Assembly (NCBI GenBank): GCA_005881615.1
Contig: VBBR01000027.1
Span: 1 to 53,736, forward strand
DNA: 53,736 nucleotides
Source of the DNA: Candidatus Bathyarchaeota archaeon
Lineage (GTDB): Archaea > Thermoproteota > Bathyarchaeia > 40CM-2-53-6
Reading direction: 5' to 3'
Positions 16,371 through 26,698 of this stretch are shown one piece after another. Within the stretch, counting starts at the first letter, position 1. Each line of letters begins with the position of its first letter. The notes beneath the pieces were generated by a model, which ran no database searches, had not been told where the DNA came from, and saw only the letters and a program-made list of their open reading frames with translations. The position numbers and the translations under genes are program-made.

Positions 16371-19238
16371 GTGACGTCTATGGCCCCGGAAGCCTTTGCC
16401 CTCCTCTCTACCCCTCTGAAAGGACTGCTCCATGAAACAGGAATATCAACACCCACACCTCCACAGGTCCAAGCTATTCCCCTCATCGCCCAAGGCGACA
16501 ACGTCCTCATAATCGCGCCCACTGGTTCAGGCAAGACCGAAGCAGCACTGCTTCCGTTAATCGATAGAATGATTCGCGATAACGACAGACAAGGCATCTC
16601 ACTGGTCTACATCACACCACTCAGAGCGCTAAACCGAGACCTCCTCAAGCGACTCCAAGCATGGTCGAACAGGCTCGGGTTCTCCGTCGAGGTTCGACAC
16701 GGGGACACCCCGGCCAAAGACCGGAGACGGATGGCGTTCAAACCCCCCGACCTTCTCATTACTACGCCGGAAACCCTCCAGGCGATGTTGCCGGGTAGAC
16801 GAATGAGGGAGCATTTGCGCCACGTTCGATCGGTCGTTGTAGATGAGATTCACGAGCTCGCAGGTGACCGTAGAGGAGTCCAGATGACCGTCGGCCTCGA
16901 ACGCCTCAGAGAAATCTGCGTCAACGGCTTCCAGAGAGTAGGACTTTCAGCCACAGTTGGCAACCCCGAAGAGATAGCACTGTTCCTTGGAGGTAATCAG
17001 CCTGTCAAAATAGTGCAGATCCCGCTCAACAAGTCGACCAGGTACAAGGTTGAATACCCACTGCCCGGAGAAGAAGATCGCGAGCTAGCGCAGCGGCTCT
17101 ACACTACACCTGAGGCAGCGGCACGACTAACACTTGTAGATGATCTCGTGGAAGCCCACGACTCAACTCTAATCTTCGTCAACAGCCGCGTCAACGCCGA
17201 ACTCCTCGGGTCCAAGTTCAACATGATGGACCGAAAAATAATGGTTCATCATGGCTCGCTCCCGAGAGAAGAACGAGTTAGAGCCGAGGAGGCATTCAAG
17301 GCTGGAGAAATCAAAGGTCTCGTCTGCACATCCACCTTGGAGTTGGGAATTGACATTGGATCCGTCGACCTCGTCGTCCAATACATGTCCCCAAGACAAG
17401 TAAGCAGTCTTGTGCAAAGAGTGGGACGATCCGGTCACACCCTCACAAGAACCTCGCACGGAGTCCTCGTTTCCGTCTCGACCGAAGACCTCTTGGAATC
17501 TGTCGGAGTTATCGAGCTAGCAAAAGAGGGACGACTAGAGCGTACCAATATCCACGTTGGAGCATTGGACGTGCTCGCCCATCAGATCGCCGGAGCGCTA
17601 ATGGACTCAGAAGGAAGCCTAGAACTCTCACAAGCCAAGAGCATCATCAAGCGAGCCTACCCATACCAAGACCTAGAGAATGACTCGCTTGACAAGGTCA
17701 TCGAGTTCATGCGCAAGATGGGTTACATCAAGAGAGAGAACGACACGATCTACCGCACCTCAAGGACGAGGTTCTACTATTTCGAAAACCTGAGCATGAT
17801 CCCCGACGAACGCCGATACATGGTCGTAGACCTCACGAACCAGCAAAACGTCGGCATCCTCGGCGAGGAATTCATGATCACCAAGGCACGCATTGGACTC
17901 AACTTCATCGTTAAAGGCCGAGTCTGGCAGATCAAACAGATAACCGATGACGGAAAGGTCTACGTTCTTCCCATCAACGATCCGACAGCCGCGATCCCTG
18001 GATGGGATGGACAAATACTCCCAGTCCCCCGCGCCCTTGCAACCAAGGTCGGCGCCTACAGAGCCACTGTTGAACAAAACATTGCCCAGCATACCGCAAA
18101 ATCGACCTCAGTTGAAAAATTGTCGCAAGTTTGGCCAGCCGACGCCTACGGGTTAAAACGAGTAGTTGAAGAAATAGAAGCCCATAAGGCTACGGGCGCA
18201 GCTGTCCCAACTGACCAACGTGTCCTGATCGAAGGCTTTGACCGATACATCATCCTCCACGCACACCTCGGAGACATCGTCAACTTCACCCTTGGTGAAG
18301 TAATCGAGGAACTATTCCGCCGCGAAGGCCTTGTCCGAATGTGGTGGTCCGACGCCTATAGAATTCTCTTCGAGATGACCGCGGACACTTCCGACCTCGA
18401 CATGGAAAACCTATTCAGAAAACAGATCTTCGGAGTCGAGGAACCAGTACTAGGCGGTGCGTGCCATGGAGTGCTACACCGCCATTTCCCATGGCAGCTG
18501 CACATGAAACATGTCGCCGAGAGGTTCGGAGCACTGAACCGCGGACGACTAATGTACGGGGACGCAATGAAGGAATTGATGCTGAGATTCCGACTTACTC
18601 CCATCTACGACGAGACTATCAGGGAAGCACTGATGGAACATTCCGATTTTGACGCAGTCAAAGAAATATTCAAACAGGTCAAAAACGGAGCCATGGAAAT
18701 CCAATTTTTCCAGTCAAACGACAAACCTACACCCTTAGCCTATCATATTCTCTACCGACACGTAGACATCCCAGAGCTCATAGCACCCGAGAACGTTGCG
18801 GCCGACAATCTTGCAAGGCTCAAAATCTCCATCGAAGGACATGTCATAGACATGCTCTGTTTCGATTGCGGAGTCCTAAACCCTGAAGCCATTATTGCTA
18901 ATCTTCCTGAACACCCACAATGCTCCACTTGTGGATCAAAGCTCCTCGCTCCCCTATTCTGGTCCAGCAATTATGCAACTGGCACCCTCAACAAGAAGCG
19001 GAACAAGGAAGATCTTGACGAGAACGAACAGAGAGTCTTGACGAAGGCGAGGCGTTCTGCTGATCTTGTCATCGCTTATGGAAAGCGAGCGGTGATCGCG
19101 CAGTCCGTCTACGGTATAGGCCCTCAAACAGCTGGAAGAGTTCTCTCGAAAATGCATGAGACCGATGACGAATTCTACAAGGACTTGCTAGAGGCCAAGC
19201 TACAATTCATAGCTACAAGACCCTTCTGGAACAGCTAG
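16371..19238 (+). CDS. lhr: Lhr-type ATP-dependent DEAD/DEAH-box helicase
   Basis: 955 aa. Walker A APTGSGKTEAA, VVDEIHE, helicase C motifs (HHGSLPREER, QRVGRSGH) and a long Lhr-type C-terminal extension with a Cys cluster. Confidence 0.85.
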   Translation: MTSMAPEAFALLSTPLKGLLHETGISTPTPPQVQAIPLIAQGDNVLIIAPTGSGKTEAALLPLIDRMIRDNDRQGISLVYITPLRALNRDLLKRLQAWSNRLGFSVEVRHGDTPAKDRRRMAFKPPDLLITTPETLQAMLPGRRMREHLRHVRSVVVDEIHELAGDRRGVQMTVGLERLREICVNGFQRVGLSATVGNPEEIALFLGGNQPVKIVQIPLNKSTRYKVEYPLPGEEDRELAQRLYTTPEAAARLTLVDDLVEAHDSTLIFVNSRVNAELLGSKFNMMDRKIMVHHGSLPREERVRAEEAFKAGEIKGLVCTSTLELGIDIGSVDLVVQYMSPRQVSSLVQRVGRSGHTLTRTSHGVLVSVSTEDLLESVGVIELAKEGRLERTNIHVGALDVLAHQIAGALMDSEGSLELSQAKSIIKRAYPYQDLENDSLDKVIEFMRKMGYIKRENDTIYRTSRTRFYYFENLSMIPDERRYMVVDLTNQQNVGILGEEFMITKARIGLNFIVKGRVWQIKQITDDGKVYVLPINDPTAAIPGWDGQILPVPRALATKVGAYRATVEQNIAQHTAKSTSVEKLSQVWPADAYGLKRVVEEIEAHKATGAAVPTDQRVLIEGFDRYIILHAHLGDIVNFTLGEVIEELFRREGLVRMWWSDAYRILFEMTADTSDLDMENLFRKQIFGVEEPVLGGACHGVLHRHFPWQLHMKHVAERFGALNRGRLMYGDAMKELMLRFRLTPIYDETIREALMEHSDFDAVKEIFKQVKNGAMEIQFFQSNDKPTPLAYHILYRHVDIPELIAPENVAADNLARLKISIEGHVIDMLCFDCGVLNPEAIIANLPEHPQCSTCGSKLLAPLFWSSNYATGTLNKKRNKEDLDENEQRVLTKARRSADLVIAYGKRAVIAQSVYGIGPQTAGRVLSKMHETDDEFYKDLLEAKLQFIATRPFWNS

Positions 19239-20752
19239 GACCTCTTCATTCCCGACTTTCTAGAATAGAGTACGAGGACAAGGGTTCCGATAATGAACAT
19301 GGTGGACAAGAGCACAATGCTATAATGACTGTAAATCGGAATTAGAGTCCCGCCGACTGACGCGTCGTTCAGCGTGACGACTGTGTTTGCCGAGCTGCTC
19401 ATGTGAGCGGTGTCACCGCTGTACGTAGCGTAGATGGTTTGATGGCCCGAACCGAAGGCTGTTGGCTTGAAGGATATGGAACATGATGCCGTGGTCCCAG
19501 AACCTACGAGAATGCAATTTGCGCTGCTGAAGTTGCCTTGACCGCTAGAGGAAAAGAAGACGAGCGCGGTGGGTGTTGAGGCTCCGGATCCTGAAAGGTC
19601 CGAGACTGCCGCCGTGCATGTCGTACTCGCGCTCAGAGACAAGGTCGACGGGTTGCAGGTCAGACCCGTCCCTGTAGAGCGTCCCGACAAGACTGAGAGC
19701 GTCTTTCGGCCCCCGTTTGCCACATAGATCTCGTTGGTTACAGTGTTGACCCCGACAACCCCGGGAGTAGTTCCAAATGCCAGGTTTACTGTGTCAATGA
19801 CTGTCAGCGTGAATCCGTCAATGATCGAGACGGTCCCCTCCCCTGAGTTGGAGACATAGATCTTGTTGGTCACCTGGTTAACGTCGATACCGCTTGGAAA
19901 GATGCCCACTCCTATCGTGCTCGCAAGATCGTTGCTTGTCCCGTTGATCAGTGTTACAATTCCATTGGAGGAATTGCTGTTTACAAGATAGACGAGGTTG
20001 GTAATACTGTCTGAGGCTATGTTTCCCGGGTCGTTCCCTACCTGGAGAGTTTTGATTACGCTATGAGTCTTCCCATCTATTACTGATGCTGTGCCATCAA
20101 GAGAATTTGTGACGTAGATTGTATTGGTCGAAGAGAGTAGAGCGATGCCGGTCGGTCTTCTTCCCACGTTTATATTGTCAAGGAGAGTATTGGTCGTACC
20201 GTTTATCCTCGAGACAGTATTGTCCCCGGAGTTTGTTACGTAGATCTCGTCGGTCGCGGGGTTCAAAGCGATTCTGCTAGGATGTGTTCCGACGGCTACG
20301 TTGGCGATGACGGCGTTTGTAACGCTGTTGATTACCGAGACATTGCTTGAATTGTAGTTTGCAATGTAGACTCTGTGAGTGGCGCTGTTAACGGCCACCC
20401 CGGCTGGACTAACACCAACGAGGATGGTGGCGATAAGGCTGTTGTTGGCACCGTTGAGAACAGAAACAGTGCTGGGAAACGTTCCGTTGTTCCCATAGTT
20501 GCTCACATAGATCCTGTTTAGGGAAGTGTCGACACCGATCCCGTCCGGGTTGACCCCGACAGTTACTGTTCCGGCAAAGCTCTCAGCCCTTGCAAGGTTA
20601 ACGGTTCCTGGAAAGAGCAAGAGCATCGCGATCGACAGACTAAGGAAAATGAGCGGGCGAATGGCGTGCGAAGACCGCATCGGCAATTTTCGTTTCTCCA
20701 GCATTTTTTGCTGCTCGACTTGTGTCGGGAGAAGAGGATATGTGAATGTCAT
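19235..20752 (-). CDS. Secreted YVTN-family beta-propeller repeat protein with a C-terminal membrane anchor
   Basis: 505 aa. Signal/TM at the N-terminus. At least 8 tandem units of about 42 aa (..VYVSN..N.VSVI...TN.VI.TI.VG..P.GIA.N). Ig-like Ser/Thr-rich region and a C-terminal TM. Confidence 0.8.
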   Translation of the reverse strand: MTFTYPLLPTQVEQQKMLEKRKLPMRSSHAIRPLIFLSLSIAMLLLFPGTVNLARAESFAGTVTVGVNPDGIGVDTSLNRIYVSNYGNNGTFPSTVSVLNGANNSLIATILVGVSPAGVAVNSATHRVYIANYNSSNVSVINSVTNAVIANVAVGTHPSRIALNPATDEIYVTNSGDNTVSRINGTTNTLLDNINVGRRPTGIALLSSTNTIYVTNSLDGTASVIDGKTHSVIKTLQVGNDPGNIASDSITNLVYLVNSNSSNGIVTLINGTSNDLASTIGVGIFPSGIDVNQVTNKIYVSNSGEGTVSIIDGFTLTVIDTVNLAFGTTPGVVGVNTVTNEIYVANGGRKTLSVLSGRSTGTGLTCNPSTLSLSASTTCTAAVSDLSGSGASTPTALVFFSSSGQGNFSSANCILVGSGTTASCSISFKPTAFGSGHQTIYATYSGDTAHMSSSANTVVTLNDASVGGTLIPIYSHYSIVLLSTMFIIGTLVLVLYSRKSGMKRS

Positions 20753-20794
20753 TTTTCATTCAATCGGCATTTGGGTTCGATTCTAAGACGCGTT

Positions 20795-20828
20795 GAAAAA
20801 GGGGGATAACCGTGCTTCTCGCACGGTC
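20795..20828 (-). terminator. Hairpin plus T-run terminator after the S53 peptidase gene
   Basis: On the minus strand: ACCGTGC-gagaa-GCACGGT followed by tatcccccTTTTTc. Confidence 0.45.
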
Positions 20829-20861
20829 TTTCGTCTTTGCTGTTTCGCTCGAGGTCGCGGC

Positions 20862-22436
20862 TTATGGGCCGGGGCAAGCAGGAGTACAGATGGCCGATAG
20901 GTCAGCAATGAAATTGGCTGCGTTGGGTGTTCCCCAACCGGTCGCAAGGTCGTAGCCTGCTCCAGCTGCGAATCCGTCTACTCCGAACTGGCCGAGAGTA
21001 TCGCTGTTCTCGCCCGCAGTGATGTCGTGGAATGCGCCACTGTAGCTGCTGCTAGCTGCGAGCTGGTAGATCGCCGAGTTGAGGAAGCCAACTGGGCTCC
21101 CGTGGGACTGGTTGAGGAGTGCGACGATTGCTGCAAGAGCCGGCGAAGCAGCACTGGTTCCTCCGAAGACTCCCCAAGCACCGATGAAACCTATCCACGA
21201 TAGGAATCCACCATCAATCGAGGAGTCGAAGGAAACGTCTGGTGTTAGTCTGCCATTGCCCTGAACCGAGTTGCCGAAGATTGTATTCCACTTGGGGGGC
21301 ATGTTGGTCTGGTAGGTTGGTCTGCCATATTGGAAGCTGACTCCTCCACCAGAGGCTGTCCGTATCCCGAAGACGTTGAACTCGTTCCATGTTGCTTCTC
21401 CACCGTATCCGACGGGGAAGCAGCTTGTTGGTACGCCCGGTCTTGGAGCGGTAGCGCAGCCGGTGGCTCCACCGTTTATGATGACGAGCCCAGTGTTGCA
21501 GTCTGTATTGGCGGGGCAAGAGTTCGTGCCGCCCCTGCCTGGAGGTGGGCCATACTGGCCTCCGTACGGGTTACCTTGTGTTCCACCTGCCGCTAGGTTC
21601 AGCGGATTGGTGGCGGGCCAGGATGCAGTGAGTTCAGTAGTTCCTACAGCTGACAGCGCTTCGTTCGCACCGTCGTCACCAGAGGATGCAAGAACTGTCC
21701 AGCCGTTTCGCCTTGCAGTGTTGTAAATCTTGTCAGCCTGCTGTTTGATGGAGTGATCGATGATGGTGCACGGGAAGTTGAGGCAGCCGACCAGATCGTC
21801 AGGTTCGCCGAAGCTCTGAGACATGATTGCGCCGTGAAGGGCCTGGTTATTCACCGCGGCACCCTCTGCGGTGTTGAAGCTGGTGTCCTGACAGTCGTTG
21901 GAAACGACGAGAACGATGTTTGCTCCTGGCGCTAATCCATGGGACATTTGCACGTCTAGCGTTGTCTCCTCCCACCATCCAAAGGCACCGCATGCCTGGT
22001 CGATCGGGAGGCTAAGGTCGAATGCTGGGCATTGATCTGCTGATGCGCCTGACCATGTTGGCCCACACAGGACTGTAACGGTCGTTGCTGGTAGGCCGAA
22101 GGTCGTATCATACTTGTTGAGATCAGCTTGAAGTGTGGGGCTTCCAAAAGCGTCGACGATGACTATGGTCTGACCAGTCCCGTCGAGACTGCTTGGAACA
22201 TTGTATGCAGATTTGTAGAAGTCAGGAGTGTAGCAGAGAATTGATCCTAGGCGTCCGCTGGCGCAGAAGGGTAATCCTCCGGTCGATGGATTGAACGACT
22301 TGTCGAGTATGGTTAGGGCTGGATTGACTCGCATGTGACCAAGCGAGCTGTACGCCGCTGAGACTCCGGTTGCGAGTGTTGGTACAGAGAATAGTGTTAG
22401 CAAAGCTATGAGCAAAATTGATGCAATTTTTTTCAT
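20862..22436 (-). CDS. Secreted S53 (sedolisin/kumamolisin-like) serine peptidase
   Basis: 524 aa with a signal peptide. GQTIVIVDAFG, WWEETTLDVQMSHGLAPGA, SSGDDGA and GGTSAASPALAAIVALL motifs. Confidence 0.8.
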   Translation of the reverse strand: MKKIASILLIALLTLFSVPTLATGVSAAYSSLGHMRVNPALTILDKSFNPSTGGLPFCASGRLGSILCYTPDFYKSAYNVPSSLDGTGQTIVIVDAFGSPTLQADLNKYDTTFGLPATTVTVLCGPTWSGASADQCPAFDLSLPIDQACGAFGWWEETTLDVQMSHGLAPGANIVLVVSNDCQDTSFNTAEGAAVNNQALHGAIMSQSFGEPDDLVGCLNFPCTIIDHSIKQQADKIYNTARRNGWTVLASSGDDGANEALSAVGTTELTASWPATNPLNLAAGGTQGNPYGGQYGPPPGRGGTNSCPANTDCNTGLVIINGGATGCATAPRPGVPTSCFPVGYGGEATWNEFNVFGIRTASGGGVSFQYGRPTYQTNMPPKWNTIFGNSVQGNGRLTPDVSFDSSIDGGFLSWIGFIGAWGVFGGTSAASPALAAIVALLNQSHGSPVGFLNSAIYQLAASSSYSGAFHDITAGENSDTLGQFGVDGFAAGAGYDLATGWGTPNAANFIADLSAICTPACPGP

Positions 22437-22579
22437 GATAGTTTTCCAAACCTGTGAGCGGCGTAGTTACAGATTTAGGCTTTTTGGAGGTCTCGATAGC
22501 CTAGTCACTCGATGGGTACCTCAGGATTGTCTACTACGCCCCAAGATATCCCAAGACTTTGGAAGAGATACTCATCCCC

Positions 22580-22600
22580 ACGAGACCGGACCGGTCTCGT
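22580..22600. promoter_or_regulatory. 21-nt palindrome ACGAGACCGG-a-CCGGTCTCGT in a divergent promoter region
   Basis: Perfect 10-bp arms. The core GAGACCG-N3-CGGTCTC recurs at 29203-29219. Confidence 0.4.
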
Positions 22601-22673
22601 AAGCCCATACTAGAGAGCACTGCAACTCCAAGTTCATATTCTTCCAGAATAAAGAAACTCGGCGGGTACCGTA

Positions 22674-23315
22674 ATGGCAAGAATACACACGCTAGTTCTA
22701 GGACGCCTACAAACTAACTGCTACATCCTAGAGTCAAAAGAAGAATCGATCATAATCGACGCGGGAGATGAACCGGAACGAATACTACGCTATGTAAAAG
22801 ACAACAGGGCTGCTCCAAAACTTGTCGTGGCAACTCACGCGCATTTCGACCATGTTCTAGGGGTCGATAGAATAAAGAGAGAGCTGCAGATCCCCTTCGC
22901 GATCCACAAGGAAGACATCGAGATTCTTGAGTCGATGCAGACGCGGGTCCGACAGTTCATGGGCTTTAGTGTTCCTCCGCCACCCAAACCCGACCAGTTT
23001 CTCGCTGACGGACAGGAAATAGCAGTGGGGGACGATTTAGTAAAGGTGATTCATACTCCAGGACACTCTCCAGGGAGCATTAGCCTGTCAGGAGATGGAT
23101 ACGTGTTTTCTGGAGACGCTCTATTCCACCAATCGATAGGGAGAACAGATCTACCGGGTGGAGACCCTGACACACTGATCCGTTCGATCAGGAAACGGCT
23201 TTTCACCTTGGACGATGATACTATTGTCTATCCGGGCCACGGGCCAGAAACGAGTATCAGCGATGAGAAAGTCGCGAACCCGTTTGTCGGACAACCGTAC
23301 ACTCGCACTCGCTAG
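22674..23315 (+). CDS. MBL-fold metallo-hydrolase (glyoxalase II-like)
   Basis: 213 aa. ATHAHFDH motif and HTPGHSPGS. Confidence 0.85.
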   Translation: MARIHTLVLGRLQTNCYILESKEESIIIDAGDEPERILRYVKDNRAAPKLVVATHAHFDHVLGVDRIKRELQIPFAIHKEDIEILESMQTRVRQFMGFSVPPPPKPDQFLADGQEIAVGDDLVKVIHTPGHSPGSISLSGDGYVFSGDALFHQSIGRTDLPGGDPDTLIRSIRKRLFTLDDDTIVYPGHGPETSISDEKVANPFVGQPYTRTR

Positions 23316-23409
23316 CATAGCGTCGCAATCTCCCAGTGTACACTAGAGTTCTCGGGCAGAATACGGTGCGACGATTAGGATATTTACGGGCGATCGACCT
23401 ACAGAGAGT

Positions 23410-23826
23410 ATGAAAAAATCAGAAGAAGAATGGAAGAAACAATTGGACGCTGAGACCTACCAGGTCTTGAGAAAAAAGGCGACTGAACGACCCTTTACCG
23501 GAAAATACCTCCACAACAAGGAAAAAGGAATATACGTCTGCGCAGGATGCGGAGCCCCACTGTTCCCATCTGATACCAAGTTCGAATCTGGAACTGGATG
23601 GCCGAGCTTCTGGTCACCAGCCGAAAGAGAGAACGTGGAGGAAAAGTCGGACCACAGCCTCTTCATGAACAGAGTCGAAATCCTCTGCAAAAACTGTGGC
23701 GGTCATCTAGGCCACGTTTTCGAGGACGGCCCAGAACCAACAGGGCTGAGATATTGCGTCAACTCTCTCTCTCTGAACTTCAAGAAAACTGAGGAAAAGA
23801 GAACACCCGCGGGCCCCCAAGAGTAG
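23410..23826 (+). CDS. msrB: Peptide-methionine (R)-S-oxide reductase MsrB
   Basis: 138 aa. [33 protein letters not shown]. Confidence 0.9.
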   Translation: MKKSEEEWKKQLDAETYQVLRKKATERPFTGKYLHNKEKGIYVCAGCGAPLFPSDTKFESGTGWPSFWSPAERENVEEKSDHSLFMNRVEILCKNCGGHLGHVFEDGPEPTGLRYCVNSLSLNFKKTEEKRTPAGPQE

Positions 23827-23955
23827 CTGGACTTCCCGGTTCTTGGTGAAGTTGCCTCGGGCCACTAATCCAGGAAAATCACCGTCAGAGATATGAACGC
23901 GCGATAGTTCAAGAAGGCTTAGGGGCAGCTCACAAGGATCGGATGGGAAATCTAG

Positions 23956-24639
23956 GTGGCTGGGCTAGATGTTGTCATACTCGCATCGTTCCTCCTAGCC
24001 TTCAAAGCTATCCTGATAGAAGGCAGCGAGGTCGCGATTCTCTCTCTTGCCACCATAAAGCAGATCGGTAGAAGGAACGTTTTCCTCGGCGTTGCTCTTG
24101 GAGGCCTCGGATCCATCTTCACGTTCCTTATTGTCGAACAAGCCTTCCTTGCACTAAAGACGATCTCAGATGCCTTGATCAACCTGATACCGGGAATTGT
24201 CATACTCTACTTTTCCTACCGGTTTCTGCGAGGATTCGTCAAGTACTATTTTCGCGGCAAATCGTTCAGAGCGAAGATGGAAAAATGGAGCGAGGAAGTC
24301 GTCGAAAAGGATCGTAGCCACAGCGGTGGCGTCACAACAGCGGAAGGGCAAATACCATTCTCGGTTAGAAACAGTCTACCGGTTTTCAGCATCACGATGA
24401 CGGAGGGGTTTGAAGCAAGTCTCATTCTCGCGGCCGCGGGGGCCTTCAATATAGAATGGACCCTCATAGGCGCACTAGCGAGCCTTACTCTCCTTCTCGT
24501 CGTGTGCGCTTTCTCCTACGACTATCTGATGCGGGTTCCAAGATGGGCGCTAGATCTGATCGCCGGCGTCGTCCTCCTCTCCTTCGGCTCTTATTTCTTC
24601 ATCTCAGGAGTACTAATTGCAACAGGTGTAATCTCCTGA
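23956..24639 (+). CDS. Integral membrane protein, two-repeat topology (possible cation transporter; family uncertain)
   Basis: 227 aa, about 6 TM. Repeated acidic motifs IEGSEVA and TEGFEAS at the start of each half. Confidence 0.4.
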   Translation: MAGLDVVILASFLLAFKAILIEGSEVAILSLATIKQIGRRNVFLGVALGGLGSIFTFLIVEQAFLALKTISDALINLIPGIVILYFSYRFLRGFVKYYFRGKSFRAKMEKWSEEVVEKDRSHSGGVTTAEGQIPFSVRNSLPVFSITMTEGFEASLILAAAGAFNIEWTLIGALASLTLLLVVCAFSYDYLMRVPRWALDLIAGVVLLSFGSYFFISGVLIATGVIS

Positions 24640-24690
24640 CAGTGGACCTGTGCACTTTTTCACCGAACCCCTGAGCAAAGGCCATGAGTC

Positions 24691-25938
24691 TTGCTTTCGT
24701 CTAGCCGACTGAATCTCCTAGCCTCAGTCCAAAGCCTTCCCAGAGACCTACGGCTCCTATTTCTGTCACTTTTCCTCTGGACCTTCGGCTTAGGACTCTA
24801 CAACTACATCTGGCCATTGTATCTGCGAGACCTCCAAGCTTCCCCCAGCGATGTTGGCATCGTATTCTCCATTGGGTTCCTCGCGCTCGCCCTTAGCATG
24901 ATTCCGGGAGGAATACTGGCGAACAAGTACGAACTGAAAGCGCTGTTGATCATTGGCTGGGCAATGAGTATTCCCCCTCCACTCATGTACTATTTCGCGA
25001 GAACTTGGACCGACGTAATTCCCGGAATAATTCTTCTCCAAGTGTCAGGGTTCAACATTCCAGCTTTCAACGCGTACATCGCAGGAACTGCCGAGAGAAC
25101 CAAATCCGCGTCAAACTTCGGCATAACTTGGGCATCGGCCCCACTTGGAGTGGTCTTCTCACCGCTAGTAGGAAGCGCTCTACTTAATTGGATTTCAGTA
25201 CGTGACATCTTCATACTGACATTCGTGTTCTTCTCGATCTCGACTATGGTTCTATTCTTCATGAAACCACAACCCGCGCTGGAAAATGACGCCAAGGCTC
25301 CTAGACTAGAATTCCCGAAGTCGCGTCGAGAAGGGACACTTCTCCTCTATCTCACCGGAGCGGCGCTCGCTTGGAGCGTTGCCGCGCCCTTCATACCTCT
25401 CTACTTCCAGGATGCTCTTAGTCTGGGCCCCTCGACCATACTACTTCTCGGTGCTCTGCAGTCTCTGGGCGCGGCCATTTTCGCAATTCTCCTCGGTAGG
25501 AGAGCAGATGCCAAGAGCCGGGGCGGGACCATGGCCCTAGGCCTTGTCCTCTCTTCAACAGGCCTCATCGGGGTCCTTCTGACCCGAAATCCGTTGTTCT
25601 CTTTTCCATTGGTCTTCCTCATCGGAAGCGCCAGGGCACCGAGCCTGGTTGGCTACTCTATTCTTTCAACGGTGCGGAAGGGAGCGTCGAGAGCCGGACA
25701 ATTTGGGTTCTTTTTGACGCTGGAGAGTCTGGGGTTTGTAATTGGATCCTACCTGGGCGGTATTCTCTACACTCTGAACCCAACAAACATATTCTACACA
25801 ACTTCGACATCATTCATTGCGCTTGCACTCCTAGCCTGGTTGAGCTTCAGGAGCAAAGCTGAACCCGCGCCGTCAGAACCAAGTAGAGAATCCGAGGTTG
25901 TTGCGCTATCGCAGAATTCAAAGTCTTACTCGCCCTGA
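24691..25938 (+). CDS. MFS transporter
   Basis: 415 aa, about 12 TM. Loop motif LLGRRADAKSRG between TM8 and TM9. Confidence 0.75.
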   Translation: MLSSSRLNLLASVQSLPRDLRLLFLSLFLWTFGLGLYNYIWPLYLRDLQASPSDVGIVFSIGFLALALSMIPGGILANKYELKALLIIGWAMSIPPPLMYYFARTWTDVIPGIILLQVSGFNIPAFNAYIAGTAERTKSASNFGITWASAPLGVVFSPLVGSALLNWISVRDIFILTFVFFSISTMVLFFMKPQPALENDAKAPRLEFPKSRREGTLLLYLTGAALAWSVAAPFIPLYFQDALSLGPSTILLLGALQSLGAAIFAILLGRRADAKSRGGTMALGLVLSSTGLIGVLLTRNPLFSFPLVFLIGSARAPSLVGYSILSTVRKGASRAGQFGFFLTLESLGFVIGSYLGGILYTLNPTNIFYTTSTSFIALALLAWLSFRSKAEPAPSEPSRESEVVALSQNSKSYSP

Positions 25939-25981
25939 CGAGCAGTTCTTCCAAGAGGAAGAAGCCGACCTTGGCTCTCGC

Positions 25982-26695
25982 CTACGAACGCTTCTTTCCA
26001 TAAACCGCGTAGACGATTCCCTGTGTCAGAGGAATGGATCTCGTATCTGAGAGCTCTTCCTGAACCATTAGGGCTGCAATCTGGGTCCCGGTTCGAGATT
26101 TCAGGATCGAACGGCCAAGGTACGATAGTGTTCTCCCCCAAGCTTGCGAGACAATTCTTCCGAAGATGGGAAACAGTCCTAGAAGGTAGTCATAGTAGAA
26201 TAGTCTGAATACCCGATTAGGCGGCCGCGCGAAGTCGAGAGAGATCACCACACCGCCAGGAGATGTTGCTCTGGCCATCTCTCTAAGAGTTAGTCGAGCA
26301 TCTGACACGTTTCTAAGCGCAAGGCTGATTGATGCAGAACGAAAACAGTTTTCTCGAAAGGGCAAACTCTCAGCTCTGGCCAATACCCAATCCGTTCTTC
26401 CGGCCAAGCCTCTCTGTCTCAGTCTCTCCTTTGCCGTCTGAAGCATCGAGAGAGTCAAGTCGACACCCACAACTAGGCCTTTATTCGCGATCGCGTTCGC
26501 AAGATCCGCCGCGAGGAGTCCTGTCCCTGTTGCAACGTCTAACACCGTACTATCAGACAGAGGGTCAACTTGTTCAACCACGAAGGCTCGCCATTTTCTA
26601 TCTTGGCCGAAACTGAGGAGTCCAAGCAACAGGTCGTATTCTAGTGGGACTTTGGAGAAGAGGCTGCGGACGTAGCGAGCCTTGGAATCGTACAC
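25982..26695 (-). CDS. Class I SAM-dependent methyltransferase, UbiE/MenG family
   Basis: 237 aa. YDLLLGLLSFGQDRKWR (the UbiE-type signature) and the SAM motif VLDVATGTGLLA. Confidence 0.75.
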   Translation of the reverse strand: MYDSKARYVRSLFSKVPLEYDLLLGLLSFGQDRKWRAFVVEQVDPLSDSTVLDVATGTGLLAADLANAIANKGLVVGVDLTLSMLQTAKERLRQRGLAGRTDWVLARAESLPFRENCFRSASISLALRNVSDARLTLREMARATSPGGVVISLDFARPPNRVFRLFYYDYLLGLFPIFGRIVSQAWGRTLSYLGRSILKSRTGTQIAALMVQEELSDTRSIPLTQGIVYAVYGKKRS

Positions 26696-26698
26696 GGC

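Noticed and set aside
19235-19238. Convergent lhr and YVTN genes share a palindromic CTAG that supplies both stop codons
   Set aside because: It is a curiosity of tight packing. No functional implication can be supported.
20770-20790. T-loop-like GGGTTCGATTC, considered as a possible tRNA
   Set aside because: No acceptor, D or anticodon stems can be drawn around it. It lies in the spacer between the S53 and YVTN genes.
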